Source: a virus. Taken from it: a stretch of DNA of 45,112 nucleotides. The DNA is taken from IMG/VR virus record IMGVR_UViG_3300035670_000053; one strand, given 5' to 3'. The stretch's first letter is position 1. Every line of letters begins with the position of its first letter. Under the pieces are notes generated by a model that saw nothing but the letters and a program-made list of their open reading frames with translations, made no database searches and was not told the DNA's origin. Positions 1 to 8,720 of this stretch are shown piece after piece. The position numbers and the translations under genes were made by a program.

Positions 1-2622
1 AACTGCATAAACTATATGTGCAACATCTCTGTTAAGAGTATCAGTATCGTAAGATATAGGTGATGTTGCATCTATAAAAGCAGCGATTTCAGCAGTCAAA
101 TATGGAACATTGTCTCTTAAATTATTTGAAGCATTAATTATACTATCTAAATCACTAGGTAAACCGTTTGATATTATTCTATCAGACCAACCTATAGTAT
201 TACCACCTAATATTTCTAAAATTTCATCAAATCTATTATTTATTATTACAACTTCCGCTAAAGTAGCTGCCTGATAAGTACTAGTATCTTGTGATACTGC
301 GCTTTGATATCTTGGAATCAAATCATCTGCTTCTGTGATATTTCTTACTATTTTACCTGATAATTCTTTCAAATATGAAACAACTGAAGTAGTTGTAGTA
401 AAATCATTTAAGAAATTTGGTATTGGATCATCTTGTTTCCAGTATTGTAATCCAGCAAATGTTGAATTATTTAAGCCTACCTTAAAGTAAAGCATATCAA
501 CTAATACTGAATCAATAATAAGTCCAGTATCTCTTCTGCATTTAATTTCACTGTATGGGAAACTTAGATATGTATTATTAATCCAATTAATAGTATCTTG
601 CTGTATAAATGAACGATTGGATTCTAATAACACTTCAGCACTAACAAAAGCAGCATCTGGTCCTGTACTCTTATAAACTTGTGGAGCTACATCAGGTCCA
701 TTATTAATTATATTTGTTATAGTAAAAAATAAGCTACTTATTGAATTACTAGATATTTCGCCACCGGTCAACACATAGTTAATAACCTGCGAATACTGTG
801 CTTCACCGGGATTATATAAATCAGTAGCAGTAGTATTTGTTATTACTGCCTGTGTTAATGAACTCAAATAATTTATAGCTACAGTAGTCTGCTGTTCTTG
901 ACCTGCAATTAAACTAACTACACCGTCATAATAAGCCAAACCACTTTCAACTGATTTTTCATTACCACCAAATGCTGCATCATATGCAACATTTTCAACT
1001 AATATTCCAACATCTCTAAAACATTTTTCTTGATTATATTCAAATTCATACCATATCGATGATGGATTACCTGAATTTGAATCAACTAAATCATTAATAT
1101 ATTTTACTGTTTGCTCTTGTAAGAATGGTTTGTTAGCAAGTAGTAATGTTCTAGCATTAAAGAAACCAGGATTTTGTTGCCCAGCATTAATACTCATACC
1201 AGCAGAAATTGTTCCAGTTGTTACATTTACAATGATTGATGTAGTATTAGCTACCCAAGTACCTGTCCCAACAGCAGCCGGAACTTGAACAGTTTGATTT
1301 GGTTGATATAAAGTGCCGTCTTTTAACCATGGTCCACTTTGATTTGTACAATTTTGAATATATGGACTATGGAAAAGATCTATTCTATCATTACCAGTTA
1401 ATGGGGGGAATGCAGTACAATATGCACCTCTATTAGTACCGGGTGCATAAACTCCTTCTAATAATCCACTTCTTCCATTTAAATATGTAACACCAGTTAT
1501 ATAGCACCCGCTATCAACGTGTATTATATCTTGTGTTTTATTAATTGGCTCAATAAATGTTGTTCTTAAGTCTGCACCACGAATAGTAGTATATGGTTTC
1601 ATTCTTAAAGGGTTATCTTCAAGATATCTTCCTGGTGCAACTTGTATTTGTGTTCCTGGTTGATAATATGGGCTATTAATAGCCCCACCTATAGTTCTGC
1701 AAGCTCTACTTGCATCCATCGCCCTACCATCATTGGTATCATTACCATCAACAGTGACATATAAAATATTGGTAACTACAGGGGCCGTTCCTATTGGTTT
1801 ATCACCATCCAAAACTCGTACATTTCCGTATATTTCAGTTACATTTGAAGATGGTCGAATTTGTATATCACCAGTATTTGATCTTAATACTTTAGTGTAA
1901 ATGTTTTCTAAGTATGCTTCAGCAAAATTTGTAGCAGAATTTCCTATACTACTTTCAAGATTAGTATTAGGAACAATATTATTATATACTGTTACGGTAC
2001 TACCTACATTTAAATTTCCACCTATACCAACCCCACCATTTACAACCATTGCCCCTGAAACTAAATTATTAGATTGGGTTGTATCAGCGACCAATAGTTG
2101 TTCTAAACGCAATTTTCCAGTACTTGGATTATATCTTAAACCATCAACTAAACCAGTTGCATCTGAGTATAAATCAGCAATGCCATCTGAATTTTTAGAA
2201 AATATAGGATAAAATTCAAAATCAGCAACAGTTGATGTAACTAAAACTTGCAATGATGTAGTGGCTTGGCTAACTCTACCATAGATATATCCACCAACAC
2301 TTAAGTCTTTTTCAATACCAACACCACCACCAACATATACTGCACCTAATTTACGTTGTTCTGGGTCACCATATATATCTGATGGATTATATACAACACC
2401 GAAAGGATTATCTACGTTATCATCGTTGGGTTTTATTACTAATGTTGTCCAGGTACCTCTGACTTCTAGATTTTTTAATATAGTAGCAGTATTGTCAACG
2501 AGTAAATTCCCTGTTACATTCGCTGTATCAGATTGAATAAAAACAGTATTATTTGGTGCAGAAATGGTTGTTGGTCCATTTTGCGTTAAGATTTTAGTTC
2601 CGGATACTCTTATATCAGCCAT
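1..2622 (-). CDS. Large virion fibre/tailspike-like protein (beta-helix-like segment plus ~160-aa helical repeats), 3' end runs off the window
   Basis: Not in the ORF track because its stop lies outside the window. Manual translation from ATG at 2622 (RBS GAGGA, TAAATA upstream) reads MADIRVSGTKIL...; includes GGVGI repeats, ILYVTVDGNDTNDG...IQVAPGRYLEDNPL...IRGADLRTT (pectin-lyase-like start seen in phage fibres) and KCxRD-type repeats. Confidence 0.8.
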   Translation of the reverse strand, partial: MADIRVSGTKILTQNGPTTISAPNNTVFIQSDTANVTGNLLVDNTATILKNLEVRGTWTTLVIKPNDDNVDNPFGVVYNPSDIYGDPEQRKLGAVYVGGGVGIEKDLSVGGYIYGRVSQATTSLQVLVTSTVADFEFYPIFSKNSDGIADLYSDATGLVDGLRYNPSTGKLRLEQLLVADTTQSNNLVSGAMVVNGGVGIGGNLNVGSTVTVYNNIVPNTNLESSIGNSATNFAEAYLENIYTKVLRSNTGDIQIRPSSNVTEIYGNVRVLDGDKPIGTAPVVTNILYVTVDGNDTNDGRAMDASRACRTIGGAINSPYYQPGTQIQVAPGRYLEDNPLRMKPYTTIRGADLRTTFIEPINKTQDIIHVDSGCYITGVTYLNGRSGLLEGVYAPGTNRGAYCTAFPPLTGNDRIDLFHSPYIQNCTNQSGPWLKDGTLYQPNQTVQVPAAVGTGTWVANTTSIIVNVTTGTISAGMSINAGQQNPGFFNARTLLLANKPFLQEQTVKYINDLVDSNSGNPSSIWYEFEYNQEKCFRDVGILVENVAYDAAFGGNEKSVESGLAYYDGVVSLIAGQEQQTTVAINYLSSLTQAVITNTTATDLYNPGEAQYSQVINYVLTGGEISSNSISSLFFTITNIINNGPDVAPQVYKSTGPDAAFVSAEVLLESNRSFIQQDTINWINNTYLSFPYSEIKCRRDTGLIIDSVLVDMLYFKVGLNNSTFAGLQYWKQDDPIPNFLNDFTTTTSVVSYLKELSGKIVRNITEADDLIPRYQSAVSQDTSTYQAATLAEVVIINNRFDEILEILGGNTIGWSDRIISNGLPSDLDSIINASNNLRDNVPYLTAEIAAFIDATSPISYDTDTLNRDVAHIVYAV

Positions 2623-2640
2623 TTACATTTTCCTCTAGAG

Positions 2641-2648
2641 TATTTATT
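2641..2648 (-). promoter_or_regulatory. T4-type late promoter (AATAAATA)
   Basis: TAAATA core upstream of the RBS and ATG at 2622. Confidence 0.55.
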
Positions 2649-2651
2649 GTT

Positions 2652-3170
2652 TTAATGAATTCTCAGTTCTACAGCGTTTATAAACATAGGATCATTATGC
2701 GGCCATCTTGGATGTGACTTGAAACGTAAAATCACCCCAAAATTCTCATCTAAAATGTCAGATTTTGTTAAATTTGTACCCCATAAATCAGTAGAATCGC
2801 CATAAATTTTATTTGGTAACACTTCAGATATCGCTTTATTTTCACCAATAATACTATTTTTATATAAACTAATAGTATCGTCTGTTATTCTACCTTTTCT
2901 ATTAGAACTCAATTTTAATTCTATTCCAGTAATTGTTTCGGGAAGATTTTGAAATTTAAAATTAGTAAAAACTATATAATAAGTTTTTGACAAAATATCG
3001 TGCTTTGGACTTCTAGCTATATGAAATAAGTTACCATTAGTTGTTATAGAATTGTTATCATTAGATGATACCCGATTGACATCAGTATTACTCCACGGGA
3101 TGTGAACTGATTCCGCACCCTCTTCAGAATATTGATGTATTTTATTAGAATAAGTCCAAAACGTAGCCAT
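2652..3170 (-). CDS. Hypothetical protein, probably virion structural
   Basis: 172-aa ORF inside the structural module, preceded by a TAAATA motif at 3177-3182. Confidence 0.7.
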   Translation of the reverse strand: MATFWTYSNKIHQYSEEGAESVHIPWSNTDVNRVSSNDNNSITTNGNLFHIARSPKHDILSKTYYIVFTNFKFQNLPETITGIELKLSSNRKGRITDDTISLYKNSIIGENKAISEVLPNKIYGDSTDLWGTNLTKSDILDENFGVILRFKSHPRWPHNDPMFINAVELRIH

Positions 3171-3193
3171 AATATCTATTTATTTAATTTATC

Positions 3194-3227
3194 AAAAGAA
3201 AAAAAGGAGCAATAAATGCTCCTTTTT
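3194..3227 (-). terminator. Rho-independent terminator, possibly bidirectional
   Basis: AAAAAGGAGCA-ATAAA-TGCTCCTTTTT hairpin with A/T tracts on both sides, just downstream of 3247..4125. Confidence 0.8.
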
Positions 3228-3246
3228 ACTAAAATATTTTTATATT

Positions 3247-4125
3247 TTAATTGTTGGCTAAGCTTAAAGTACCGGTAGTAGCAGCAGCTAAACTCCAACC
3301 AGCAGATGTACCATCAGCATATTCGAACCCACCGTTATCAGTAGCAGTGGTCACATATGCTCTTCTAGCAGTCAATTTAGTAACATAATAAGTACTACCA
3401 TTGACATCTGTTGCAATTATATTCATTTGTCCAGCAGCCAAACTTCCAGTGGCAGCAGCAGTCAATCTTACTTGACCAGTTCCTTCTGATGTTTTTACTA
3501 AATAACGTCTACTTGACTCTTGCTTAACAATATCTGCTAACAACCCTGATGTACCACCATCAGCAGCTGGAATAAATGCATAAGCAGCTATACTATTTTG
3601 ATTAGAGTTTGTCAATGAAGTGATACCAACGAAACCACTTCCGAAATCTGTAAATGCTAGGGTTACACTAGTAAATGTTCCATCATTTACTGCACTTGCA
3701 ACAACGGTGTCAGTACCTTGAACAGCAATAACTGAAGGTGCATTACTATCACCTAAACCAGTATCACCAGTTATAATCATACCGACATATATACCAGAAG
3801 TGTTGGAAACTGTAATAGTGGTGGTACTAGCTTCACCTGATGCGGTTTTTGTAACACCAGAAGCAGTAGTAATAGTTACAGTTGCAGTATTGGTGTATCC
3901 ACTACCAGTAGTATCAATACTTACAGCAGTTACACCACCATTATTTACGCCAGCAGTTGCAGTAACAACAACTCCATCTGGCAGTTCTGGATTTGATACA
4001 ACAGCAGTTGCACCCTGACTGTATAAAGTACCAGAGTTTATAACTGATATTGTAGCTAAACTTTCTCCACCGATTGGAGGAGTACTTAAATTACCAAAAA
4101 ATTTTTTCTTTATAGGACGTCCCAT
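3247..4125 (-). CDS. Thr/Gly/Ser-rich virion structural protein (head decoration or fibre-like)
   Basis: 292 aa, beta-rich; 'SVINSGTLY'/'SIDTTGSGYT' repeats; strong RBS AAGGAG; own late promoter and terminator; adjacent to MCP. Confidence 0.7.
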   Translation of the reverse strand: MGRPIKKKFFGNLSTPPIGGESLATISVINSGTLYSQGATAVVSNPELPDGVVVTATAGVNNGGVTAVSIDTTGSGYTNTATVTITTASGVTKTASGEASTTTITVSNTSGIYVGMIITGDTGLGDSNAPSVIAVQGTDTVVASAVNDGTFTSVTLAFTDFGSGFVGITSLTNSNQNSIAAYAFIPAADGGTSGLLADIVKQESSRRYLVKTSEGTGQVRLTAAATGSLAAGQMNIIATDVNGSTYYVTKLTARRAYVTTATDNGGFEYADGTSAGWSLAAATTGTLSLANN

Positions 4126-4190
4126 TTTTTTCTCCTTATAGTGTCATTCTATGACATACGCGACGGGTACGCATAATTATATAGACATTG

Positions 4191-4198
4191 TATTTATA
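4191..4198 (-). promoter_or_regulatory. T4-type late promoter TATAAATA
   Basis: Perfect gp55 consensus 65 nt upstream of ATG 4125. Confidence 0.7.
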
Positions 4199-4281
4199 TT
4201 AAAAAAATTAAATTACTATAATCTTATTTGTAACCGTATTAATTAAACTGACTTGTATATTATATACTTTTTTTAAACATT

Positions 4282-4305
4282 AAAAAAGCCCCCAAAGGGG
4301 GCTTT
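4282..4305 (-). terminator. Rho-independent terminator after the major capsid gene
   Basis: Minus strand AAAGCCCCC-TTT-GGGGGC-TTTTTT, 20 nt after the MCP stop. Confidence 0.9.
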
Positions 4306-4324
4306 AGATTTCAAATAATAGTTA

Positions 4325-5506
4325 TTACTTGAAGCTAACTTTAGCAGCGGTAATTGCTACTTTACCTAAGTAGTCAGCAGCATTACCAAGTGAGCTAGCA
4401 GTGTTGGTTAACTCGACGTATCCGTAACGAGTTAAGAAACCAACTACTGGCTCGAAAGTAGCTGGATCAAGTACAACACCAGAACTCATTAATGGAATAT
4501 ATGGGCAATAGAAAGCAGCAGCATCAGCTTCGCTTGTTCCCTTATATCCGATAAGGACTTGGTTGTTATCTTGAGCAGTAGTATCTGCAAGATATGCATC
4601 AACATAAATTCTCATAGCGCCGTTCAATGTACCAACGAACTTGGTATTGGTTGGAGCTTCGAAAGTACCTTCGGTAGTACGAGCAAACGCACTAGTGGTA
4701 GCACTCTGAAGAATTGTTAATGCTTGGTTAGAAACAACGGCCCAGTTACCAGCACCACGACGGGTACGCTGAGCAATTAAGTTGCTAACACGGTTGATTT
4801 GAATAGCCAATGCAGCATGCTCATCACCAACGAAGGTAGCAGTACCAGAAACTAATGACTGGTCATATGTTTCTTCAACTGTTGCTAGAGCACGAAGACT
4901 TGATAGAACTTCCTGGTCAATTTCAGCAGTGATTTCTTGTGCAAGAGCAGCCATGATTTCAGCTTCAATGTCGATACCTTGTTGAGCTTGTGCATCTTGT
5001 GCAGCCTCAAAGGTCCAACGTGCGCTTAGCTTACGGCTCTTAGCTTCAACTGTCTGCTTCAATATTTGAATGCTCATCTTCTTACCTGGTGTACCTTCTA
5101 AGGTAGAAGTTGCTTGTGCTCTTGGTGTAGCAGAAACATCATTACCAGAGTAAGCAGCAGCAATCTTGAATGGGCTTAGTGCTTCTTCACCTGCGGTGAC
5201 CTCATTACTACCTTCCGCATAGCGAACACGTAGAGTATGAATCTGTGCTACAGGTCCAGTCATTGGCTGAACACCAACGATTTCGTTAGCAATAACGGTT
5301 GGCATAACACGACGGATAACTGGAAGAATAACACGGTTAAGTGTTGCTACGTTACCAGCACTGGTTGCACCAGCGGTTGCGCTTTCAGCCAAATAGCGAC
5401 GTGTATTTTCTAAACATACACCCATCGCAGCACGACGGTTGCCAGATAGACCTTCAAGCAGAGCGTCTTTTGTTTCTGACCATCTTTCATTTAATAGTTG
5501 TGACAT
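4325..5506 (-). CDS. gp23: Major capsid protein (T4 gp23-like)
   Basis: Motifs 'RRVMPTVIANEIVGVQPMTGP', 'KSRKLSARWTFEAAQD', 'EITAEIDQE', 'FYCPYIPL', 'TRYG'; higher GC and biased codons consistent with high expression. Confidence 0.97.
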   Translation of the reverse strand: MSQLLNERWSETKDALLEGLSGNRRAAMGVCLENTRRYLAESATAGATSAGNVATLNRVILPVIRRVMPTVIANEIVGVQPMTGPVAQIHTLRVRYAEGSNEVTAGEEALSPFKIAAAYSGNDVSATPRAQATSTLEGTPGKKMSIQILKQTVEAKSRKLSARWTFEAAQDAQAQQGIDIEAEIMAALAQEITAEIDQEVLSSLRALATVEETYDQSLVSGTATFVGDEHAALAIQINRVSNLIAQRTRRGAGNWAVVSNQALTILQSATTSAFARTTEGTFEAPTNTKFVGTLNGAMRIYVDAYLADTTAQDNNQVLIGYKGTSEADAAAFYCPYIPLMSSGVVLDPATFEPVVGFLTRYGYVELTNTASSLGNAADYLGKVAITAAKVSFK

Positions 5507-5523
5507 TTTTTAGTCTCCTTGAA

Positions 5524-6612
5524 TTATTTTGCTAGACCCGCCAACTTACGAAGATCTAGTATATTGTCTAAGCCTACCTCGGGCTTTGCTTCACGATTCC
5601 CCGTAATTTCAGCGCTTTCAGTGAGTGCAACTTTCTTAGTAGCCTTCTTTTCGCCTTCCATTACTGCTGGTAGGTATTTTTCGAATGCAGAATGTAATTT
5701 ATCTGTTTTTACAGACTCAAGTAAGTCCTGCATAACCTCTTTTTTGCTAGCATCCAACGGAGCTAACAACTCTGCCATAACTTGTCTACGCTCCATCAAA
5801 TCCTTAGCAATACGTATTTCACGCTCTCTAGATTCGACAATTACGTCTTTCTCGTTAATGACTTTTTTTGCCTCAGAAAGTTCTTGATCTTTTTTCTTAA
5901 TGATATTCAATAACTTTTTAGTTTCTGATTTTTCATTAAGATATGACCCAGAATATTCTTGGGCAAACGCTTCATAAATTCTTCTTCCAAAATCATTTTG
6001 TTTAGCATTACTGATATCTTCTTTTAATTGTACAATTTCAGAAGATAATCTTTTAGCTACTACATTTTCAACAATTTTAGCTGAACGTTTTATGAATTGT
6101 TTTCTAATTTCACTGAATTTTTCTTTTGCTTCACGTACTAACTTAACTTTAGTTTCAGCTAGATCACGTTTATCAATTGCAAACTCATTGATTTCTTTGG
6201 CTAAAGCATGAACAATAAATTGTTCTAGCTTGTTAAAATTTTCTGATACTTTGTTACGATCAGATTTAAACTCATGTATCTCTCTACCTAATTGCTTTAT
6301 TACAAATTCTTCTAATTTCTTAGCATCATCGGCCATCTTTTTTCTATAGGCTTTTTTTGCTTCGGCTAGAATTTTTTTGTCTTCATGCAATTCAGTCATT
6401 TCTGCGGCCAATCTATCACTCAACATCTTGTCGATTGCTTCAACCATTAATTTTTTGTCATGGTTGTATTTTTGTGCAAATTCTTCACGAAGTTCAGCCG
6501 ATACTTGGTCACGATTCTCTTTAATTTTTTGGGTAAATGCTGTTTCGATCTCAGTTTTTACATCTTCTGACATCATCCCAGACTCTACCAATTTTTTGAA
6601 TGCGTCCAACAT
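5524..6612 (-). CDS. gp22: Prohead core scaffolding protein (gp22-like)
   Basis: Glu/Lys-rich coiled coil between the protease and MCP genes, as in T4 synteny. Confidence 0.85.
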   Translation of the reverse strand: MLDAFKKLVESGMMSEDVKTEIETAFTQKIKENRDQVSAELREEFAQKYNHDKKLMVEAIDKMLSDRLAAEMTELHEDKKILAEAKKAYRKKMADDAKKLEEFVIKQLGREIHEFKSDRNKVSENFNKLEQFIVHALAKEINEFAIDKRDLAETKVKLVREAKEKFSEIRKQFIKRSAKIVENVVAKRLSSEIVQLKEDISNAKQNDFGRRIYEAFAQEYSGSYLNEKSETKKLLNIIKKKDQELSEAKKVINEKDVIVESREREIRIAKDLMERRQVMAELLAPLDASKKEVMQDLLESVKTDKLHSAFEKYLPAVMEGEKKATKKVALTESAEITGNREAKPEVGLDNILDLRKLAGLAK

Positions 6613-6631
6613 TTATTTTTCTCCTCGGGCT

Positions 6632-7264
6632 TTATTTTAGACCTTTAATTATTTGAAGAAGACTTTCTTTCAAATATTTCTGGGCCTTTGGATCTTCTTT
6701 GGTTTCTGTTGCTACCATAAACGCTTTATTTCCATACCTAGTATTCATCAAATGTTCATACACAGGAGTGGGATAAGCGCCTGGAGCCGAGGGTTGTGCT
6801 ACAATATCTACTGTAATTATCTCAAACTCGGATACATGGCCATTAGTATCGCTAACGTTACCGCTACCTCTTGAACTAACGCCTAGTTTTACTCCACTTT
6901 CGAGCATAGTACGTATTAAATTCCCCATTGGTGTAGGAAGAATTTTCATCTTAGCATACCCATTTGGACCGTCCATCCATACTTGTGTTATCATATGGCT
7001 AACACGATCCAAATTAACTTTTAAATCATCAGGATGATCAACCTCACCTAACACACTGTATCCATTTTGAATTTGGTCATGTAATGTTTTAATTGCACGA
7101 CCAATTTCATCAACTGGATATACACGTTGGTTAGCATTTTTGATACCACCTTGAATTGCTATACCTTTCAGATAAAGATTTTTAGAATCTTTATCGTCAG
7201 ATTCCATCACAATCCCAGATTGATCAAAACTGAGATGTTCTCTTAAATAAGAAATTTTTTTCAT
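6632..7264 (-). CDS. gp21: Prohead protease (gp21-like)
   Basis: 'NANQRVYP', 'LGEVDHP', 'RVSH', 'TPMG', 'GVSSRGSG', 'DIVAQPSAPGA'. Confidence 0.96.
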   Translation of the reverse strand: MKKISYLREHLSFDQSGIVMESDDKDSKNLYLKGIAIQGGIKNANQRVYPVDEIGRAIKTLHDQIQNGYSVLGEVDHPDDLKVNLDRVSHMITQVWMDGPNGYAKMKILPTPMGNLIRTMLESGVKLGVSSRGSGNVSDTNGHVSEFEIITVDIVAQPSAPGAYPTPVYEHLMNTRYGNKAFMVATETKEDPKAQKYLKESLLQIIKGLK

Positions 7265-7276
7265 CCTGTTCTCTAA

Positions 7277-8347
7277 TTATTTTGCTGGCTTTAAAAATTG
7301 AGGTATTTTGCCTACTGATGTTTGCCCAGCTTTATCACCAGTTCCAGAACCTACTGGTCCAGGACCTGATCCAGCTTTCTCAGCACCATGACCTTTTGCT
7401 ACTTTACTTAGAGTTTTAACTCCAGAACCCTTGCCATCTACATTGTGCATACCAGCTGCCATTTTTTCACCTGAATGTGGAGCTAAACCTTTAGTAACTT
7501 TACCTGGACTTGTTCCAGTGTTACTTTGACCTTCAGTTGCTCCCTGATTTAAATTCTTAGCATTTACGTTAGCAGGACCAGGTTTGTTCTTGCCTGAAGC
7601 TACAGTAGATTTACCTTCAGCGGGTGAACCCATTTTGTCTCCAGTATCAGCCCCAGCAGCCTGACCTTGTGTCTTTTGACTATTCTTTTCCCAGTCATTT
7701 CCAACTTTTTCACGATACTCACGTGTTAAACGACGGCCTTCGAACATGGTATCTTCTTTTTTCTCGGTGTCATCATCGCCACCAAATTCATCGTCATCAC
7801 TGTCGTCATCGCTACCAAAATCGTCATCACCACCCATTTTTGAATTGGTATCACCTACATCGCTACCAGCCAGTGAGTTTTTGAAATCAGAAAGCATATC
7901 CATCATTCTGTCTATTTCGGCTTCCATGTCTTCGGCAGAAGGTTCAGCTTCTACGTCTTTTAATAGATCGTCAGTTTTTTCGCCATCAAGTGGCCCCATA
8001 TCTTCATCTTCATCGCCATCGACTGGCGGCATTTTATCATCGCCACCCATCATTGCGTCATCATCACCGGGCATCATGTCGTCGTCGTCATCGACTTCAT
8101 CCATATCGACGGAATAAGAATCTTCTAATTCTTCTTCATCGTCCATATATTCATCTAATTCTTCTTCAGCACCCATATCTTCATCAGATGATTCATCGAC
8201 TTCTTCTTCGTCCTCTTCTTCTTCATTTATCAAATTTTGATAAATATCTCTAGATTTTTCAACAACTATTTCATGGAAAAGTTCATTAGCCTTTTCCATC
8301 TCTTCATTTACTAAATAATCTAGTAACTGTTCAAATTTTGTATTCAT
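7277..8347 (-). CDS. Acidic prohead core/internal protein (gp67-like position) with a basic Gly/Lys-rich C-terminus
   Basis: Very Asp/Glu-rich N-terminal 200 aa; lies between portal and protease; RBS AAGGAG; TAAATA at 8387-8392. Confidence 0.65.
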   Translation of the reverse strand: MNTKFEQLLDYLVNEEMEKANELFHEIVVEKSRDIYQNLINEEEEDEEEVDESSDEDMGAEEELDEYMDDEEELEDSYSVDMDEVDDDDDMMPGDDDAMMGGDDKMPPVDGDEDEDMGPLDGEKTDDLLKDVEAEPSAEDMEAEIDRMMDMLSDFKNSLAGSDVGDTNSKMGGDDDFGSDDDSDDDEFGGDDDTEKKEDTMFEGRRLTREYREKVGNDWEKNSQKTQGQAAGADTGDKMGSPAEGKSTVASGKNKPGPANVNAKNLNQGATEGQSNTGTSPGKVTKGLAPHSGEKMAAGMHNVDGKGSGVKTLSKVAKGHGAEKAGSGPGPVGSGTGDKAGQTSVGKIPQFLKPAK

Positions 8348-8452
8348 GCAGATTTCTCCTTAAAGGTTACAGCAAATCTTGTTTAATATTTAGAAATATA
8401 TAAAAAAATATACCCATAATAGGGTAAAAAACGGGGTTTTTGTGTTTTTTTA

Positions 8453-8698
8453 TTAAATTCCACCAGCCTGAGGTGGCGGGGCAGCGTACATTTTTCTAAT
8501 TAAAACTAATTCTTCATTTGTTTCCTGTTCTCTTTGATCATTCATCAATCTAATCTGATTTAACATTCGTAATGTCAAACGTGTTTTTCTAACATCTTTT
8601 CTACTTAAAATCGAGCTATCATTGTCAGGAAGATAACGATTATCCTCCTGAGCATTCAGATTTTTTTTATCAAAATATATAAATTCTTTAAGAAGCAT
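8453..8698 (-). CDS. Small head-module protein (gp68-like position)
   Basis: 81-aa ORF directly after the portal gene, with TATAAATA at 8704-8711. Confidence 0.7.
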   Translation of the reverse strand: MLLKEFIYFDKKNLNAQEDNRYLPDNDSSILSRKDVRKTRLTLRMLNQIRLMNDQREQETNEELVLIRKMYAAPPPQAGGI

Positions 8699-8703
8699 AA
8701 CAA

Positions 8704-8711
8704 TATTTATA
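8704..8711 (-). promoter_or_regulatory. T4-type late promoter TATAAATA
   Basis: Perfect consensus 5 nt upstream of ATG 8698. Confidence 0.65.
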
Positions 8712-8720
8712 AGTTTTTAA

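Noticed and set aside
8411-8426. Small hairpin TACCC-ATAATA-GGGTA upstream of the core-protein late promoter
   Set aside because: Weak 5-bp stem; cannot be called a terminator or operator from sequence alone.
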